Positions 38,635 to 52,475 of a DNA stretch of 62,000 bases are shown here, one piece after another. Position 1 is the first letter of the stretch; every line of letters begins with the position of its first letter. The stretch lies in NCBI GenBank assembly GCA_013239625.1, contig MU054323.1:11615815-11677814 (forward strand), given 5' to 3'. The DNA is from Lama guanicoe (Eukaryota). The notes beneath the pieces are model-generated. The model was not told the origin of the DNA, searched no databases, and saw nothing but the letters and a program-made list of their open reading frames with translations. Made by a program: the position numbers and the translations under genes.

Positions 38635-39263
38635 CGGAGATGGATTCTAAAATGGCTCCCAGTGACCCCCACTTCTGGCTTCAGCTCTCTCATGTCGTCC
38701 TCTCCCCTTGAGTGTGGCTGTGCCCAGGGACTTGCTTCTCTCAAACAGAATGTGCCCAAAGTGATGGGAGGTAACTCAGTGCACTGATTCCCAGGCTTCT
38801 TGAAGGAAGAGAGCTCCCAGATGCCACTGTCTTGTAGCAGTGGCTCAAGGTCCTCATCACTACCCCTTTCTGGAGTGCTGGTCAGGCTGCCGCGGATGCT
38901 CTTGCTATGTTTTTGAATTCCACTGCCTTTCCCACATTCAGGGACGGATAGAGGCTGGAAAGAACTGTGACTTCCGTTTTGCTGACACGTGTGCCTTCCC
39001 GGCTGGCTTGCTTTGATGAAAGGGGTTGCGGGGTTGGAGAGGCCTATATGGCAAGGAACGGAGGGAAGCTTCTGGCCAACAGCCTGTGAAGAACCAAGTC
39101 CTACCAACAACCACTGCAATCTTGATTGCAGACTTTAAAGTCACCCTGAAGCCGGGCACCCAGTGAGGCCGTGCCTCATAGAAACCAGGAGATAGCAAAG
39201 GTGTGCTGCTTTAAGCTGCCAAATTTTGGGGTTATTTGTTACTCAGCGGCACACAGCTAAGAC
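38635..39263 (+). mobile_element. MaLR solo LTR (MLT1E/F-like), interrupted by a ~165-bp insert
   Basis: ttctaaaatggctcccagtgacccccac..ccccttgagtgtggc..gtgatggga; 3' end gctttaagctgccaaattttggggttatttgttactcagc. Confidence 0.8.
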
Positions 39264-39839
39264 CATTACTTATCAGCATGTGGTGAACTTACCTTGGCTG
39301 AGAATATTTTGGGAACTTTTAAACAACATGGGTTAGTTCTTTTCTTAAACTCTAGTGATTATGAATGGACAACCACAGTACCCCACTCTCAGAACACACT
39401 GGGGATCTGTTAGAGAAGAAACTTGCACATCAATGACTGCAGACTATAAAGCTATACAGGCCCACAGAGAGAAAAAGGATGGCAACTGTAACCAGGGAGG
39501 AGCCTGGGTCCTACTGTGGACCTACTGCACGGGGGGTCTCCACAGGGGGAGCTAGGGGCTCCTGGATGAGATGGGCTGCGTATCCCTGGGTAAAACCACT
39601 GCTGTGCCCTGACTCCCCTACTTGACATCACAGGAAATGAAAGATCACAAAAGTTAAATGTTCTTTTAAGGTCACACAGCCTGTCGATGGCAGCTCAGGG
39701 TCAGGACATAGGTTTCCCATCTCCCTGTCCTCTTCCTTGTCCACCTGCCAAAGGACCCCACCACCTCGATGCCCCTATTGAAAGAGAACTGAGCCGAGCT
39801 CTGAGCTGACAGAAGTAGAAACAAAGTAAGAGATACACA

Positions 39840-40231
39840 GAGAAAGCTTCTAAGGTTCCTTTATTTGCTTTGGAAACGACTTCATTCTTCACCTCTCAAC
39901 TGAGTCCTGGCCTAGTGACAAGGTAGACTTTCCTCTCTAGCTTCTTTTGTAAGGAAGGGAACAACATTGACACTTCCCCTCAGATTGCTGTCTCCAGGTA
40001 CCAGTCGGGGACAGACTGGGCCAGGACTGGAACTTAACAGCATTGAGAACACGCGGGATCTGTCTCTGAGTTCCACTTGGCTTGCAAGCTCTTCCTACAT
40101 CCTCCCTGAGACAGCCTCTACCTCCCAGTTCAGGGTGTCTGTGGTGACAATGGGCTGCATGCAGCCTGATTTCCAGCCTGCTGCTTCTCCAGGGACGTGC
40201 CACCCCACAGCCCCCACTGGTTCCTGGGTCT
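39840..40231 (-). other. GALNT14: GALNT14 3'UTR (3' end approximate)
   Basis: Lies between the stop codon and the AATAAA plus downstream U/GU-rich tract. Confidence 0.7.
39860..39865 (-). terminator. Polyadenylation signal AATAAA of GALNT14
   Basis: tttatt on + strand about 370 nt past the stop; followed on the minus strand by a U/GU-rich tract (ctttctctgtgtatctcttactttgtttct). Confidence 0.75.
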
Positions 40232-40390
40232 TCAAGAGCTCATCATGTCCCAGTGCTGGCTCATAAGTGAGGACTCACACGGGTTGACAACGATTTCCCT
40301 GCCGTTTTCAGTGCCATCACCAAACATGTCTGTGTCGAGGCAGAGGTGGAATGCCACGTGCTCAATGCGGGAACCAGTCTTGGTCCATTG
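40232..40390 (-). CDS. GALNT14: GALNT14 terminal coding exon, [52 protein letters not shown]
   Basis: Hand translation; acceptor cttcccag|CAA; CLD and QxW ricin motifs; TGA stop at 40234-40232. Confidence 0.95.
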   Translation of the reverse strand, partial: QWTKTGSRIEHVAFHLCLDTDMFGDGTENGREIVVNPCESSLMSQHWDMMSS

Positions 40391-41589
40391 CTGGGAAGAT
40401 GGAGAGGAGAGAGGATGAGCCAGAATTCTCTGGCCAAGGCCCCAGGTCCTATCAATAATATTGGGCGCTCCAGCATAATCAGAAACATTTACACCATATG
40501 GCTAGGGGCATCCAGAGACTTGACTTCATGGTCTCATGGAGGAAGAAAATTGCAACTAATTGCTTTGCCAGGTATTGTTCTTGGTTTGTTTGTTTTTTTT
40601 CCATTGGATAAAAAAGTAAAAGCAAAATCAGTGTTTGCTAGGAAAACCCATTAGACGGCAATAACTTTCCAAGCAATAGGCCAGAAAATGTGAAGTGAGT
40701 TAGTCACAGGAGCAGCTAAAGAAATGATCCACACATGGTGTCTGCACTGTCAGGAAGAAGTGGGAGAAAGCTGGGGGACGGCGATGCCAAGGGCGGGGGG
40801 CTCCTGGGTGGCACCCGATGCCTGAACCGCTGCTCGTCCCAAGTGTTCCAGCACACCAGGGCCTAAGCAGAGAGGGGGTCTCATGCTGCTGACAGTGGAC
40901 TTCACTTCCCATGACAAGGAGGGAGGGGGTGGACACACACTGGAATCACCACTGACCAGGTACCATGGGCCATCTCAGCTAATTGCTCTAACAGTTACCC
41001 TGTATGATGGGCATCATCAACCTAACACAGAGGAGAAAACTGAAGCCCAGAGAGGTCCAGTAACCTGCCAAAGGTCACACAGCCAGTGAGCCATACCATG
41101 GGCATTTGAATCTCAGTCTAACACCAGAATCCAGTTGGTAGGAAATTGAGTGGAGCCAACACCTTGCTGCTAGAGGAACTTGGCATGTAGTGTGTCTAGA
41201 GTGCTATGAATTTTGGTGGATGTCCCACCAGAGCCCACGGCTCCCCTCAAAGGCAAAGGTTGACTCTTGCTCATCCCTGTGGCCCTGAAGGCTGGTCCCA
41301 GGACTCTCCTGCTCTGGGATCCTGGGTGGGTGTCGGAGCACAGATACACATGCAAGGTGAGGTCCGATGAGGTCAGCAGGCTTTCACGTGGCAGCTGAAC
41401 ACTGCTGTGGGCACCACGGATGTATCAGAGGAGCCCTTCCCTCCCTCTGCTAACCAGAAGGACCTCTTTCTTACCATCACCATCTCTTCTATAGCTTTTC
41501 TCTTTTTCTGCCCATGAGACTTAGACCTACTCAGGCAGCCATGGTATTGAAGGTGGCCATGTCCCAGGGTGGATGCGCTGAGCACTTAC

Positions 41590-41709
41590 CTGTTTCTCAT
41601 CTCCATTCTTGCAAAGGGCAAGAACCACAGGGGCGCCCGGGAACCCGGTGATGACTGACAGGCACAGTTCCTCTTGGACAATCTGCTGAGTGTACGTGAA
41701 GGCCCAGAT
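41590..41709 (-). CDS. GALNT14: GALNT14 coding exon (120 nt), [40 protein letters not shown], lectin beta repeat
   Basis: Hand translation (this frame is not in the ORF track); acceptor cccctccag|A, donor CAG|gtaagt; phase 0-0; paired Cys of a ricin repeat. Confidence 0.95.
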
Positions 41710-43384
41710 CTGGAGGGGAAGACGCCAGGAAGGGTCACCTCAGGATGCTTGGAAGCCACCATGTGGGATACTCTTCTGCTCACACTGACAACTAGCACAG
41801 CTTGGTACAAAGCACTGGGGGTCCTAGCAGGAATCGACTGTCAACAGGTCACCTTGGAAAATGCTCAAGAGTCAGGGTCACCTGCCTCTGAAGTCTTTGT
41901 CCCCACACCCTATGAAGGGGATGGGCTAAGGACATGCAGGCCACCTCAGGAAGGCAAGGAACAATTCTAGGCTTTAGAGGGGAGACTGAATGACACCCAG
42001 GCCAACCTGCATGGTCTTTGGTTTCTCCATTTGGATTGGTGTCTGTTCCTTATACTTGATATCTCAAGTGGCTACCAGCTAGGTCACGCCCTAGCTATCT
42101 TTATAATGTCCCTTCTTTGAAAAGGAATCCTGAGAACACAGGAGTTACAGCAAGAGACAGATGGAGGGACAAAGGGAATGAGGAAGGGTTCCAAGGGAGG
42201 GCGTGGAAGAGGAGCGGGAGGAGAGGAAGAAGGTCATGAGAAGTCAAGTCATTCCAAGAGGGAGCATGGGCACCAGCACTCCTGGAGGACAGATCATTTG
42301 GCCCTGGAGCTCCTGCAGAGAGAGAAGGTGATAAACCAGATGGACAAGCAGCTTTCTGACAGCAAAAAGAAACGGCATTCTGTGAGGTTCATCACAGGGA
42401 ACAAGGAACGTTTCCTCCGAGTGCCGCAGATCAGAGAGCCATCAACTGCTCAAGAAGCCAGCACCACTTCCCAGCTCTTAAATCAGGGTGCGAGAGTGCT
42501 GGCATGATAGTTGTCAAAAGAGCACTTCCAAGAGGTGTCTCCCAGGCTGTGAAACGGGAAGGACACCTGTCCTTTGCCTTCATCGTGGGGCAAGGAAGAT
42601 TTGGGAGTCAGATGCCCTGAGGGCAGCCACAGAGAGGATCCTGTTAGGTGCTATACCCCTCCTCTTCCACAACACCCCTACTGTCCAGCTGACCTCTCTA
42701 CCAGGCCACTCATTGGCCACTTTTCCTTGGCTCAAGAATGAAATAAAGGTTCCTCAGCTGGCCAACCCCTGCTCTGGGACCTCGTGTCCTGTAAGCTGAC
42801 ACGGTGTTCATCTGGCCCTAGTTCTACACCTTCCCCAGCTCCTGGCAGCCACCTCCTGGCCCCACGTCTTCTCCTGACCTCCATTTCTGCCGACACCTTC
42901 CAAGTCCTCCTGTTACTTGGATTGCTCCTCCTCTCCCACAGACTGGGCCCTTCTGCTGCCCCCACCAGAACCCCTGGATGCTGACCACAGCCTCTCCTGA
43001 TCTGGGGTCTTTTCCTGTCCCTCACACCTGGATGGGGCCACTAGCCCGGTGGAAGCCATGGTCCCCTAGTGCTGGGTCCTGCCTGTGGATTCTTCTGTCC
43101 CTTTTCAAATTGCTGGTGTCAGGAAAAGACCTAGATCAGAAAGTACTCCCTGGGGAGTGGAGTGAGAATTCTTGAAGCCTGAGAATAGGTACACAGAGGT
43201 TCTTTACTCTCTTCCATCTAGTTCTAGACCTATATTTACTCCAAATTTTATATAAGAAAACATGGTGAAATGTATTCCTCTGGCTTTGTGAACATCACCA
43301 ACCTACACATATCATTTGCCTTCTTCCAAGGTAAGCTGACAGAGCCTATACACACAGAGGCCACGTGAGAGCCATGACAATATG

Positions 43385-43570
43385 GCCAATGACGACTAAT
43401 GTTTCTTGAGCACTTTCTATGTGCCAGGCTCTCTTCTGGGAGCTTTACCCATGTTAATTTCACCTTCATAAGAATCTGATTAGGTAGGTATTCTTATTAT
43501 CCCCATTTTACTGATGATGAAGGTCAAGGTTCAGAGAGCTTATCCTAAGTCATGGACTAGAAAGTGGCCC
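43385..43570 (-). mobile_element. MIR SINE
   Basis: ttgagcactttctatgtgccaggc..ttattatccccattttactgatga. Confidence 0.8.
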
Positions 43571-45414
43571 CTACAGCCTCCTCTCCAATAGCTCTGTTGC
43601 TGCTGCTGGAGTCACGGCTGGTTCTGGGCCGTTTTACTTAAGTTCAATCATGGGAGATGTCTGTCTCTGAGACCCTCTTCCAGGTTGTAAATACTATAAG
43701 TATAGATGAGCTCCTCCTCAGCAGGAGAGAGCTAGCAAGAGATCCTTCCTCTGGGCCAGTTCCCAGCACCAGCCCGTGAGAAGGGAAACCAAGGTCACAC
43801 ACTGGGGAGGAGGCAGACCAAAGAGCAGGCCCCTCCCCTCACACTGATGGGAACAGGGGCAAGAGTGTGAACGGAGGCCCACACTCCGCAGACTCCATAC
43901 CAGACCAGGGGACGCACAGGCGCTGGTTTCCAGCCTGGGATGCCTCCCTTTTCTTCTCACCCCTGCCTCTGTCTCCCACCGTGAACTCCCAGCCTGCGTC
44001 TCCCAGCTTGATAAATGGTCCCCTTAGGGTCTAGGTGTGTGTACTAGGGACACAGTCCAACCTCTGGAACAGACCCGGAGACAGAGATCCACACAGGTCC
44101 TGAAACCAGGCTTGGGTCATTTGGGTGGTGGGTTCTGGGGTCCCACAAATTTGGCGTGTGATGTAGAAAGCAGACGCTGGTCCTGGGCCCAGAGAATTCC
44201 TTAGCCTGTGGGGAGGGGAGAGAAGGACCCAGGTTTGATGGCAGGGCTACCTGCGGGCCATTTGCCAGGGCCCACTGGACAATAGGCCTCAATGGGAGAC
44301 TTCCGATCTGTCTGGAAACGAGGCTGAACACACAGTCATCCACATGGAAGGAAGATGAGGCTCGTCCCTCTGTCCCATTACCTGACCACATAGCTTGCAG
44401 TGAACCATGAATTAGCCTTTTAAAAATAAACCCTGCAATTATCTTACAATCACAATACCCCAGCTTTGTGTTCTTATGTCAAAAGCATTAATGAATTAAA
44501 TGTAAAAACTTAAAATATACCAGAATTTCTGTAAGCTTGCTTTGGTATTTCTTCCTTTTTAATATCTTAGGGGCTTCAAAAACCAGAAATGCTAGGGGTG
44601 GCATGGGGGTGGGTGTGGAGTGTGGTTCTTTTGACACTGAGACCCCCCACCCAAAAACGCCTTTCGGGAAGGAATGTATATGGGACACCAAGGCTGGGGC
44701 CTGAGGAAACCACCTGGAGACCCTCCAGGGAAGTGTGTGCACAGGCAGACACAGGGATGGAAGCCCTGACACTCACTGGACCTTCCATTAGCCTGTGCTT
44801 TACCAGCACCGAAGTAATTCCACCTCACAATCCCCCAGAGGAATGCAGCTCTGTGGCCACATCTGCAAGGACAGAGGGGAGGGGAAGCAGGAGGCAGGAG
44901 TGGTGGGGCAGGAAGTGAAAAGAGGTTTTCCTATTCCCATTCTGTGGCCTGCCAGACTTCCCAGAGTGGCTGGTGATGCATGGGTTTATTACCCGAATCT
45001 CCGAGTCAGAAATGAATTCAAGAAGGCAGCACCGGTTGCTCAGGCTGGCCTGGCTGCAATCGGTGAGCACGGACAGTTCCATCTGGGGACCCGGTGAAGT
45101 CAAACCCCTCATCCCTAAAGCACACAGACATAGCTGGACCCATGGAAGGTAATCCAGAGGCCATCCTGAAGGTGGTGTGAGCAGCCTCGCCTTCTCCTCA
45201 CTGAGATGGATTGGTAAGGGGCTGAGAAGGAGGGGGTCCTCTCCTGGCCTTCCAGCCCCTTTGCTCCTGCCCTGGAAGAGGAGAACTGAGGACGGGGAGG
45301 GGATGGCCCAGGCCGGAAGTCTCTGGAGAAGCTAAGTCAGGGGCCCACGCACAGGGGCTGATCTTCGAATGACCTAGAGCCACCTCTGGTGGACGAGAAG
45401 CAATTAGCCCAGGG

Positions 45415-45620
45415 CAGTGCTTCTCAGCTGGGGTGATTCTGCCCCTATCCACCCCCGAGGGGAGACGTTTTCTGACTGTTAGGACTAGGTGGGAGGAGGT
45501 ATTACTCATGCCTAATGGGTAGAAGCCAGGGGTGCCGCTGACCATCCTACAGTGCACAGGACGGTCCCCACAGCAGGCATCAGGGACCGGTGTCAATGGT
45601 GCTGAAGGCGAGAAACAGCC
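45415..45620. mobile_element. MER20 (hAT-Charlie) DNA transposon
   Basis: cagtgcttctcagctggggtgattctgcccc..catcctacagtgcacaggac..tgtcaatggtgctgaaggcgagaaac. Confidence 0.8.
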
Positions 45621-46674
45621 TAGCCTTAAACGCTTGGTCTCTGGAGGCAGCAGTATAAAGCCTGCTCTGGTGTGACTCGAGTGTGGCCTAGGTGGCCTTG
45701 GTCAACTTCTCTCAGCCTCGTTTACTCCACCTATGAAATGGGGCACCACCAGGGCGTGGTTCACGGGGTCGTTGTGAAGATTCAACAAGAAGATGCAAGT
45801 GGAACCCTCAGCCCCATGCCTGGTGGAGCAGGGTCCCTGTCAGCAGTATTTTTCTGACACGTGGGCAAGAGGGGTGGCTCGGTGAGGATGGAGAAACATT
45901 TAGATGTGGAGAGAAGTGAGGAGGCTGGGTTTTCATTAAGGCAGGAGCCCATGTCATTTTCTGATGGTGGCAAGTTCCTCATTCAAAACTTCTTCTGGGC
46001 AGGAAGAGTAAACACGGAGATGATGCAGTGACTGGGATGCTGTGCCGGGGTGAGACAGCCGAAATAGCTCTGTGACAAGAGACGCTTCTGTTCTAGATCC
46101 TTTACGCTCACTGTTACATAATCCTCACAGCCACCCTGGAAGGTCAGCGTGTGCTGATGGACAGGGGACTGAGGGCAGTGGTTACTCTGGGCAATGCCAG
46201 GGGCAGACCCCGGGGTCACCTGGGAATGTGGAACGTCCTTGGTGGGACGGGATCTGAGCTGAGTGCGTCCAGGACCACAGGCTGGCCTCCAGCCTCTCAG
46301 GCCACACTGGGTGATGCACCAGTCCACCCAAAATGCCTGCAAGCCCTCTTCAGACAAGATGTAGACAGTGAGCGAGAAGGTTCGAATGAACCTTTAGCTC
46401 AGCTGACCCCTTGGTACATCCGTACTACTGTGGGGTCTCCCAGATGGACTGACCGGCCGTGCGGGGGACCCTCATCAGCTGCAGGCACAGACCTCGCTGC
46501 TCCCCGCTGGAGGCCCTCTGACCAGGGGCGGCTCTGAGACACATTCCTCTCCTTCCACTGGGACCTGCGCTAGACTCCCTTTCGGGGTCTGTGTTTCCAG
46601 GCCATCCCGTCCTTTCCTCCTAAGTTGTAAGAACACACGTACACATATGATTGCAAACCCACACCTAGTACGTA

Positions 46675-46890
46675 TGGTGTTGGATTATGTTGTTGGGCTC
46701 TGGAGTGACTGCCAGGGCTGGAATCCTGGCTCACCTGTTTATTAACCCCATAAATGTGGCTGAGTTACTTACTCTATGCCTCAGTCCCCTCGTGTGTGAA
46801 ATGAAGACAACAGCAGCCCCTACTACAGACGCTAACCCCTACACGCATCCGGAACGGTGCTAGCCACAGAGCAAGTGCTCAGCTCCTGCC
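46675..46890 (+). mobile_element. MIR SINE
   Basis: gggctctggagt..gaatcctggctc..gcctcagtcccctcgtgtgtgaaatg..caagtgctca. Confidence 0.7.
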
Positions 46891-49811
46891 TGCGAGCTGA
46901 CTGTGACGATGGAGGAAGCCAGCAGGAGGCAAGGCGGCCCTGGAGAGCTTCCTCCAAACAGTGCCTCTGCTCTGCCTCCCAGGAGAGATGCTGGAGAGGT
47001 GGTTGCAACAGCGCTATTCCCAAGAGTGTGCTGAGAAAGCCGGGAAGGAGAGGCTGGTATCAGGCAGGGAAGTAAAGTGGTTGCAGACTCACTGAGAGGT
47101 GCTGATGTGAGTCCAGGTTTGGGGGAAGGGCTCTGACCTTCATCTCCCCGACTCAGGCTATCCAGCTGTCTGCATGCATCCTTCCTAAGCCAGTAGCCTG
47201 ACCTGCTGGGGGTGCAGCTGGAAGGGTTCACTGCAAGGTTTCAAATTTACACTTCTTCCCTTTCTTTAAATTAGGATAGCAGTTAGACTGATGCACCTGT
47301 ATTCTTTCTATCTTTCACAAATATTTTCTAGGGAATCCAATACAACTGAGAGGGAACTCGTTACCCTGGAGGTTTCTGGGGCTTGACGCATTTACAAACG
47401 GATGGTGTGTTTCTCCTGTTTCTCACCCAAGGCATTGGGTGCCGCCATCTTGAATGCACACCCAGATTAGACATTTGGCTCTGAGGTTGGCAAGCCAACC
47501 AAGAAAGGGAGGTAAGGGGGGATGAGGGATGGATGGGGCTGTGGGATGCAGGGAGTCGGGTCATGAGCCAGCACCGGAGTCAGAAGACAGTCATGGTCAG
47601 GTAGTCTCTTCTCAACAACAAGAACACCCATGTCCCCAGGGACACACCACCCGGAGAGTGAGTGGACAGCTGGAAGCAGAACTCAGACCTCCTGACGCCT
47701 ACCCTCTGCTGCTCTTTCACCCCACATATCGAGGACCCTAAAATCCTCCACCCAAGCACGGGAGCCTGATTTCAGGACCTGTGTGGATCTCTGCCCCCAG
47801 GTCTGTTCCAGAGGGTGGACTGTATCCCTAGTACATACACCTTGACCCTAGGGGGACTGTCTAGAGGGGAGTGAGCAAGTGGGAGAGAGGTGGGCTGGGA
47901 GTTCACAGTGGGAAACAGAGGCAGGGGTAAGAAGAAAAGGGAGGCATCCCAGGCTGGAAACCAGTGCCTGTGCGTCCCCTGGTCTGGTGTGGAGTCCTTG
48001 AGTATGGGCCTCCATTCACACTCTTGCCTCCCTTTCCATTAATGTGAGGGGAGGAGCCTAATCTCTGATCTGTCCCCTCCCTGTCCTGACATGGGGCATG
48101 ACCTTGGTTTCCCTTCTCATAGGGGCTGGCGCTGGGAACTGGTCAAGAGGAAGGATCTCTTGCCTTGACAGGAGAGAGCTGATCTACACTTTTAATATTT
48201 ACAGCCTGGAAGAGGGATCGCAGAGACAGACATCTCCATCAATTGAACTTGAATAAAAAGGCCCAGAACCAGCCATGACTCCAGCAGCAGCAGCAACAGT
48301 GGAGCTATGGGGTGGTGGCTAGATTTCCCAAACCCTGTCTTCCTCACTTGCTAGTCTACGACCTTGGACAATCTCTCCAGGCCTTCATTTCATCATCTGT
48401 AAAATGAGGAGAATAGTAATACCTACTTAATCGGGTTTTTATGTCACATCCTTGATGTGTCCTCTCAGAGACAGAGAGGTGGGGGCAGGAGGGAAGGCTG
48501 AATGGGTCACACGAAGGGGTCTGAGGGGCAGATGCAACTCCCTGCAGCCAGGCTGAGGGGCAGGACAAGCAGGGAAAGCAGGAGGGAACACCGGATGCCA
48601 CAGTGCACTTGCACAAGGGGAGGCAGGAAGACAGGGCCACTAGTGCATGTAGGGAGGAGGCGGGAACACGGAAGGGAAGAGAAAGGGAACATCCATCAGT
48701 CCTGCGAGGGTGTATATGCCACATACGCGCACACACGGGCATGAGCACACATGAGCATGCACACACGCCCAGTGCACACACTCGGGAGAATATTCTAGCT
48801 GAAATAGTTATGTGGATTCCTATCAATGGGTGTCACGCCTTCAGAACGCTGGGCCAGGCATCCCAGGCCTGCTGTTGGCCGCAGGCCCTGCTAGGAGGGG
48901 TGCTGTTTAAGTCTGCCTCAGCCCATCTTGCTCCCCAGTGTGCAGCCCAGTGCCCAGTGCACCGCTGACACATGGTGAGATCTGTTGAAATGAACTGAAC
49001 ATCATTCCATCTCAGTGTGTTCTTCTGAGATCCCAAATTCACACTGCTGCCACACAAACCCAACTGTTCTCTCCAAAGCAGAGAGGAGTGACAGTTTGGC
49101 ACTCTCTTCCAGAAAAGAACTCTTTGCTCACTTGAAGACTGTTACTGTGATTCACTTTAATTTCCCACAGATGACAGCCTTTTTCCCTCCCCTTTCTCAC
49201 TCCACCAGAACACTGGCTAGAGTAGGTACCACCACCCTCCAGTCAAATAGAGGCCCGGCAACCTCTGCCCAGGGCTGGGATATAGGGGGTCCCTCCCTGA
49301 GACCCAGAGATCCCATCACTCCCCCTCACACTTTCTTATGCAGCCAACCACATTAGGTACCAGAAAAAAACCCTGCTTTGCTAGAAACAGATGAGGTAAA
49401 CTCCTATCCCAGGGAAAGGGGGCAACAACATTCTTGCTGTTTGTGACCCCCCATGAGCAGAGCCCACACACACAGATTGAGGAGAGAGGGAAGTCCGTTA
49501 TCTACTTATTCTACAAAACGCCACTTGAGCAAATGGTGTCATCCTCATTCTCAGCCAACCCAAAGTAAAACTGACACCTGTGGTGTTTCTCTTCTCTCTT
49601 CCTGTCTGACTCAGGCAGCCCCTCCCGTGTCCCGCTGGACAATTTTTGGAGAAGTCCTGGCAAGCTGTAGTTTGGTGGTGAGAGGCCTTGAATGCCAGGC
49701 CAAAGGTGCGAATTTTTGCAGTAGACAACAAGGAGACACTGAAAGCTGTGTAGTGATGGAGAACGGTGGTTTGGTGACTGCATGTTGCTGGAGGCTGTGG
49801 TCATAATCTAA

Positions 49812-50029
49812 CAGTGGTTCCCAAGCACGGTGGTTTTGTCCTCCAGGGACATCTGATCATGCCTGGAGACAGTTTTGATTGGCACGACTGGTGTGTGTGG
49901 GGGGTGCTACTGGCATCTGGTGGGCAGAGACCAAGGATGCAGCTAGACAGCTTATAGTGCACAGGACCATCACCACCACAAAGAGTGATCTGGCCTCAAT
50001 GTCAGTAGTGCCAAGGCCAAGGACCACTG
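49812..50029. mobile_element. MER20 (hAT-Charlie) DNA transposon
   Basis: Terminal inverted repeats cagtggt..accactg; tgctactggcatctggtgggcagagaccaaggatgc. Confidence 0.85.
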
Positions 50030-50329
50030 ATCTGGCAGGAAGAAATGAATGCTGGGTCCAAGAGCAGCTATTCTGAGGGAAGAAGTGATGGGACTTGCCA
50101 GAACGGGGGATGCAGGAAAAAGAGGAGCCACGGGAGACAGACAGGACTGGAAGCACGGCGCTTAGGAGAAGGCGGCCACCTGGAGAGAATGTGTGGGATG
50201 GTGAGATGGCCGGGGTGCCTGACACGGGCTTGGAGCCACCTGCTGGCTTGAATTTCAGAGGCGTTTGTCATGGTTGTGGACTCACCTGATCATGCAGCGT
50301 GGGAGATGAAGGGTTCAGGAGGGAGGTTT

Positions 50330-50875
50330 AAGTGTAAACCTGCCACCCCTGAGCCCTCTCCTCGGGTCTCACAGCCTCCTCCCTCTGAGGATAAAACCCA
50401 GCCTCCTCAGCTTGGGATGCGCCATGATGTGCCTCTTCCCTCCTCTCCAGCCTCACCTGCTGCTGCTCCCTCACCATCCCACCCTTCTGATCACAGTCCC
50501 CTGCAGCCTTTCAAAGGCAGCCTGCCTCCCAGCCCCAGAACTTGGTCCACGCTGGACTTCCCGGCCTGCCCTTTCTCCCCTTCCTGACCTGTCCTATTTC
50601 TACTCATCTCTCAGGATGCAGCTCATTTTCAGGTCCTCTGGGAAGATGTCTCCAACCCTGTGCATAAGCTGGATACCCTCTCTCTGCACGTCTATAGCAT
50701 TGTGGGCCAAGCTCTATCCAGGACAGAGATTATATGGCAATGGCTGCTGACTTCCTTCTTTCTGCATTAGATCCCTCGAGGCGCCATGGAGAGCTGCAAC
50801 TCAGCTTTCCCTGTGCATCTCCACAGTCAGCAGAGAACGTAGATGTCTGCTGAATGAATGAATGAATTCATGGAT
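50330..50875 (+). mobile_element. L2 3' fragment
   Basis: Ends in tgctgaatgaatgaatgaat, the L2 tail. Confidence 0.65.
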
Positions 50876-51843
50876 GGACAAAGACACAGAATTTGTGACA
50901 AAACAAAGAAGGTTGCCAAGGCTGGAGGCATGGATAAAACCTCCAAGAGACCATTTATAGAGAAAAGAACAGTGAATTGAGAACTTTGGTGAATACGCAC
51001 TGTAGGGGTATGAGAGTTAAAAAAAAAAAGCAACCCAAAAAACCAGAGGTGGAAAGAGCAGGAACGCAGGAGAATCAGGATCACACAGTGTCTCCGAGCC
51101 AAGAAGGAAGTTATGAGATGCATGTGCTTTAATGCATCCAGAAGGCCAAGTGTTACAGAGGTTGAGACAGGCTGTGAATTTGTCAGCAACTTTTAAAAGA
51201 GTTCCATCCTCAGAGGGAAGGACACTGACCCACGGTGCTGATGAATCAGCTAAGGCACAAGTAAACCTTTCTGAGGAGGGGCGAGGGAGGTCCCTCCAGA
51301 CTTGGGGGGAAGCAGGAGATAGCACAGGGGGAGCCAGACAGGGATGATCAAGGGCCCTGCCCAGAGATGGGGGCGGCGGACAATGGGGATGGCTTTACCA
51401 CATCTGATGCGACTACCTGGAAGTCAGGGTTAAGTCGGCGGGGAGACTCACAGAACGAGCATTGCATCCTGGAGGCAGTGTCACCCAGCAGCAGGCTTTT
51501 CTCTCTGCATCTCTTACTTTAGAGCTAGTTGTGCCACCCACCCTGCCTCACCCAGCCCACACTTACTGCCAGCAGCTTGGACACCAATGACACACTCATT
51601 GAACTCTTGCTAATTTCATGGCAATTTCCTATCGGTGCTAAACTGCCTGGTGAGGCATCTTTCAGAGAGTCCGTGCACTTTCAGGCCTAATGGAGTGAAC
51701 CCAGCCCCAGAGTAAGGGGGCTCATGCTTCTCCTGCTCTGCTGTTGAGCTCTGGGTATAACTGACACCTGATGTCATGTAAAAGCAAGTCACAGAGGGTT
51801 AAGTCCATGCACACGTTCAAGTATCCCCAGCCAGTGACTTTAC

Positions 51844-51988
51844 CTGGGACTTTGCATCCTTGCCTTCAATCTTGACACAGGGGCTTAACCTGAGGTTGGA
51901 GATCTCCTGGTCTTTCTGCTTTTGAGACTCTAGGCACTTCTGCCTCTGTCGGATATTGCCCTTCTGGATGGAGGCATCCTTAGGCACT
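51844..51988 (-). CDS. GALNT14: GALNT14 coding exon (145 nt), [48 protein letters not shown], linker and lectin alpha repeat
   Basis: Matches recalled GALNT14 sequence ([19 protein letters not shown]); acceptor ttcctctag|A, donor CAG|gtaaag. Confidence 0.95.
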
Positions 51989-52475
51989 CTAGAGGAAAGC
52001 CACAGGACGGATGAGAACCCACAGCTCTTTGGATGTAACACCAGCAGCCGCTAGAGAGGTCAGGCGGTGCTGGGAGAACAGCAGGGGCATTTTGCTTTGG
52101 TCTGTGTTACCATGACCTGGACTGCTCAGGGCCTGGGGGTGGGGGAGGTACCACTAGGAACAAGGCAGCAAGGAAAGACTCAGTAGTCTGGAGCCTGGAC
52201 CGGAATCAGGGTCAGCGAGTCCATGCCCTGAGGTCACACCCCGGAGCTCAAACTCCCACAGCTAAGAAATTACTGCTAAGCCGACCTCAGTCCCTCATGC
52301 TACTGATTAATGTAATTCCTCTTCGGGTGTCAGGGATAAGAGGAGTTAACTGGTCTTCTCAGACCTCCATGTACTTAAAAACCCTCATCCAGATGGCCAC
52401 AGGCGGTCCCCTCTCCAGACTGAGTCAGCTGAGTCTCCCTGCAGCCAACCAAGGCTCAGGCCATAGGGGAGGTAC

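Noticed and set aside
1..39800. CAPN13 exons, expected downstream of GALNT14 from recalled mammalian synteny
   Set aside because: No calpain-like peptide recognised in the ORF track or by eye; the gene probably lies outside the window, though a non-coding first exon cannot be excluded
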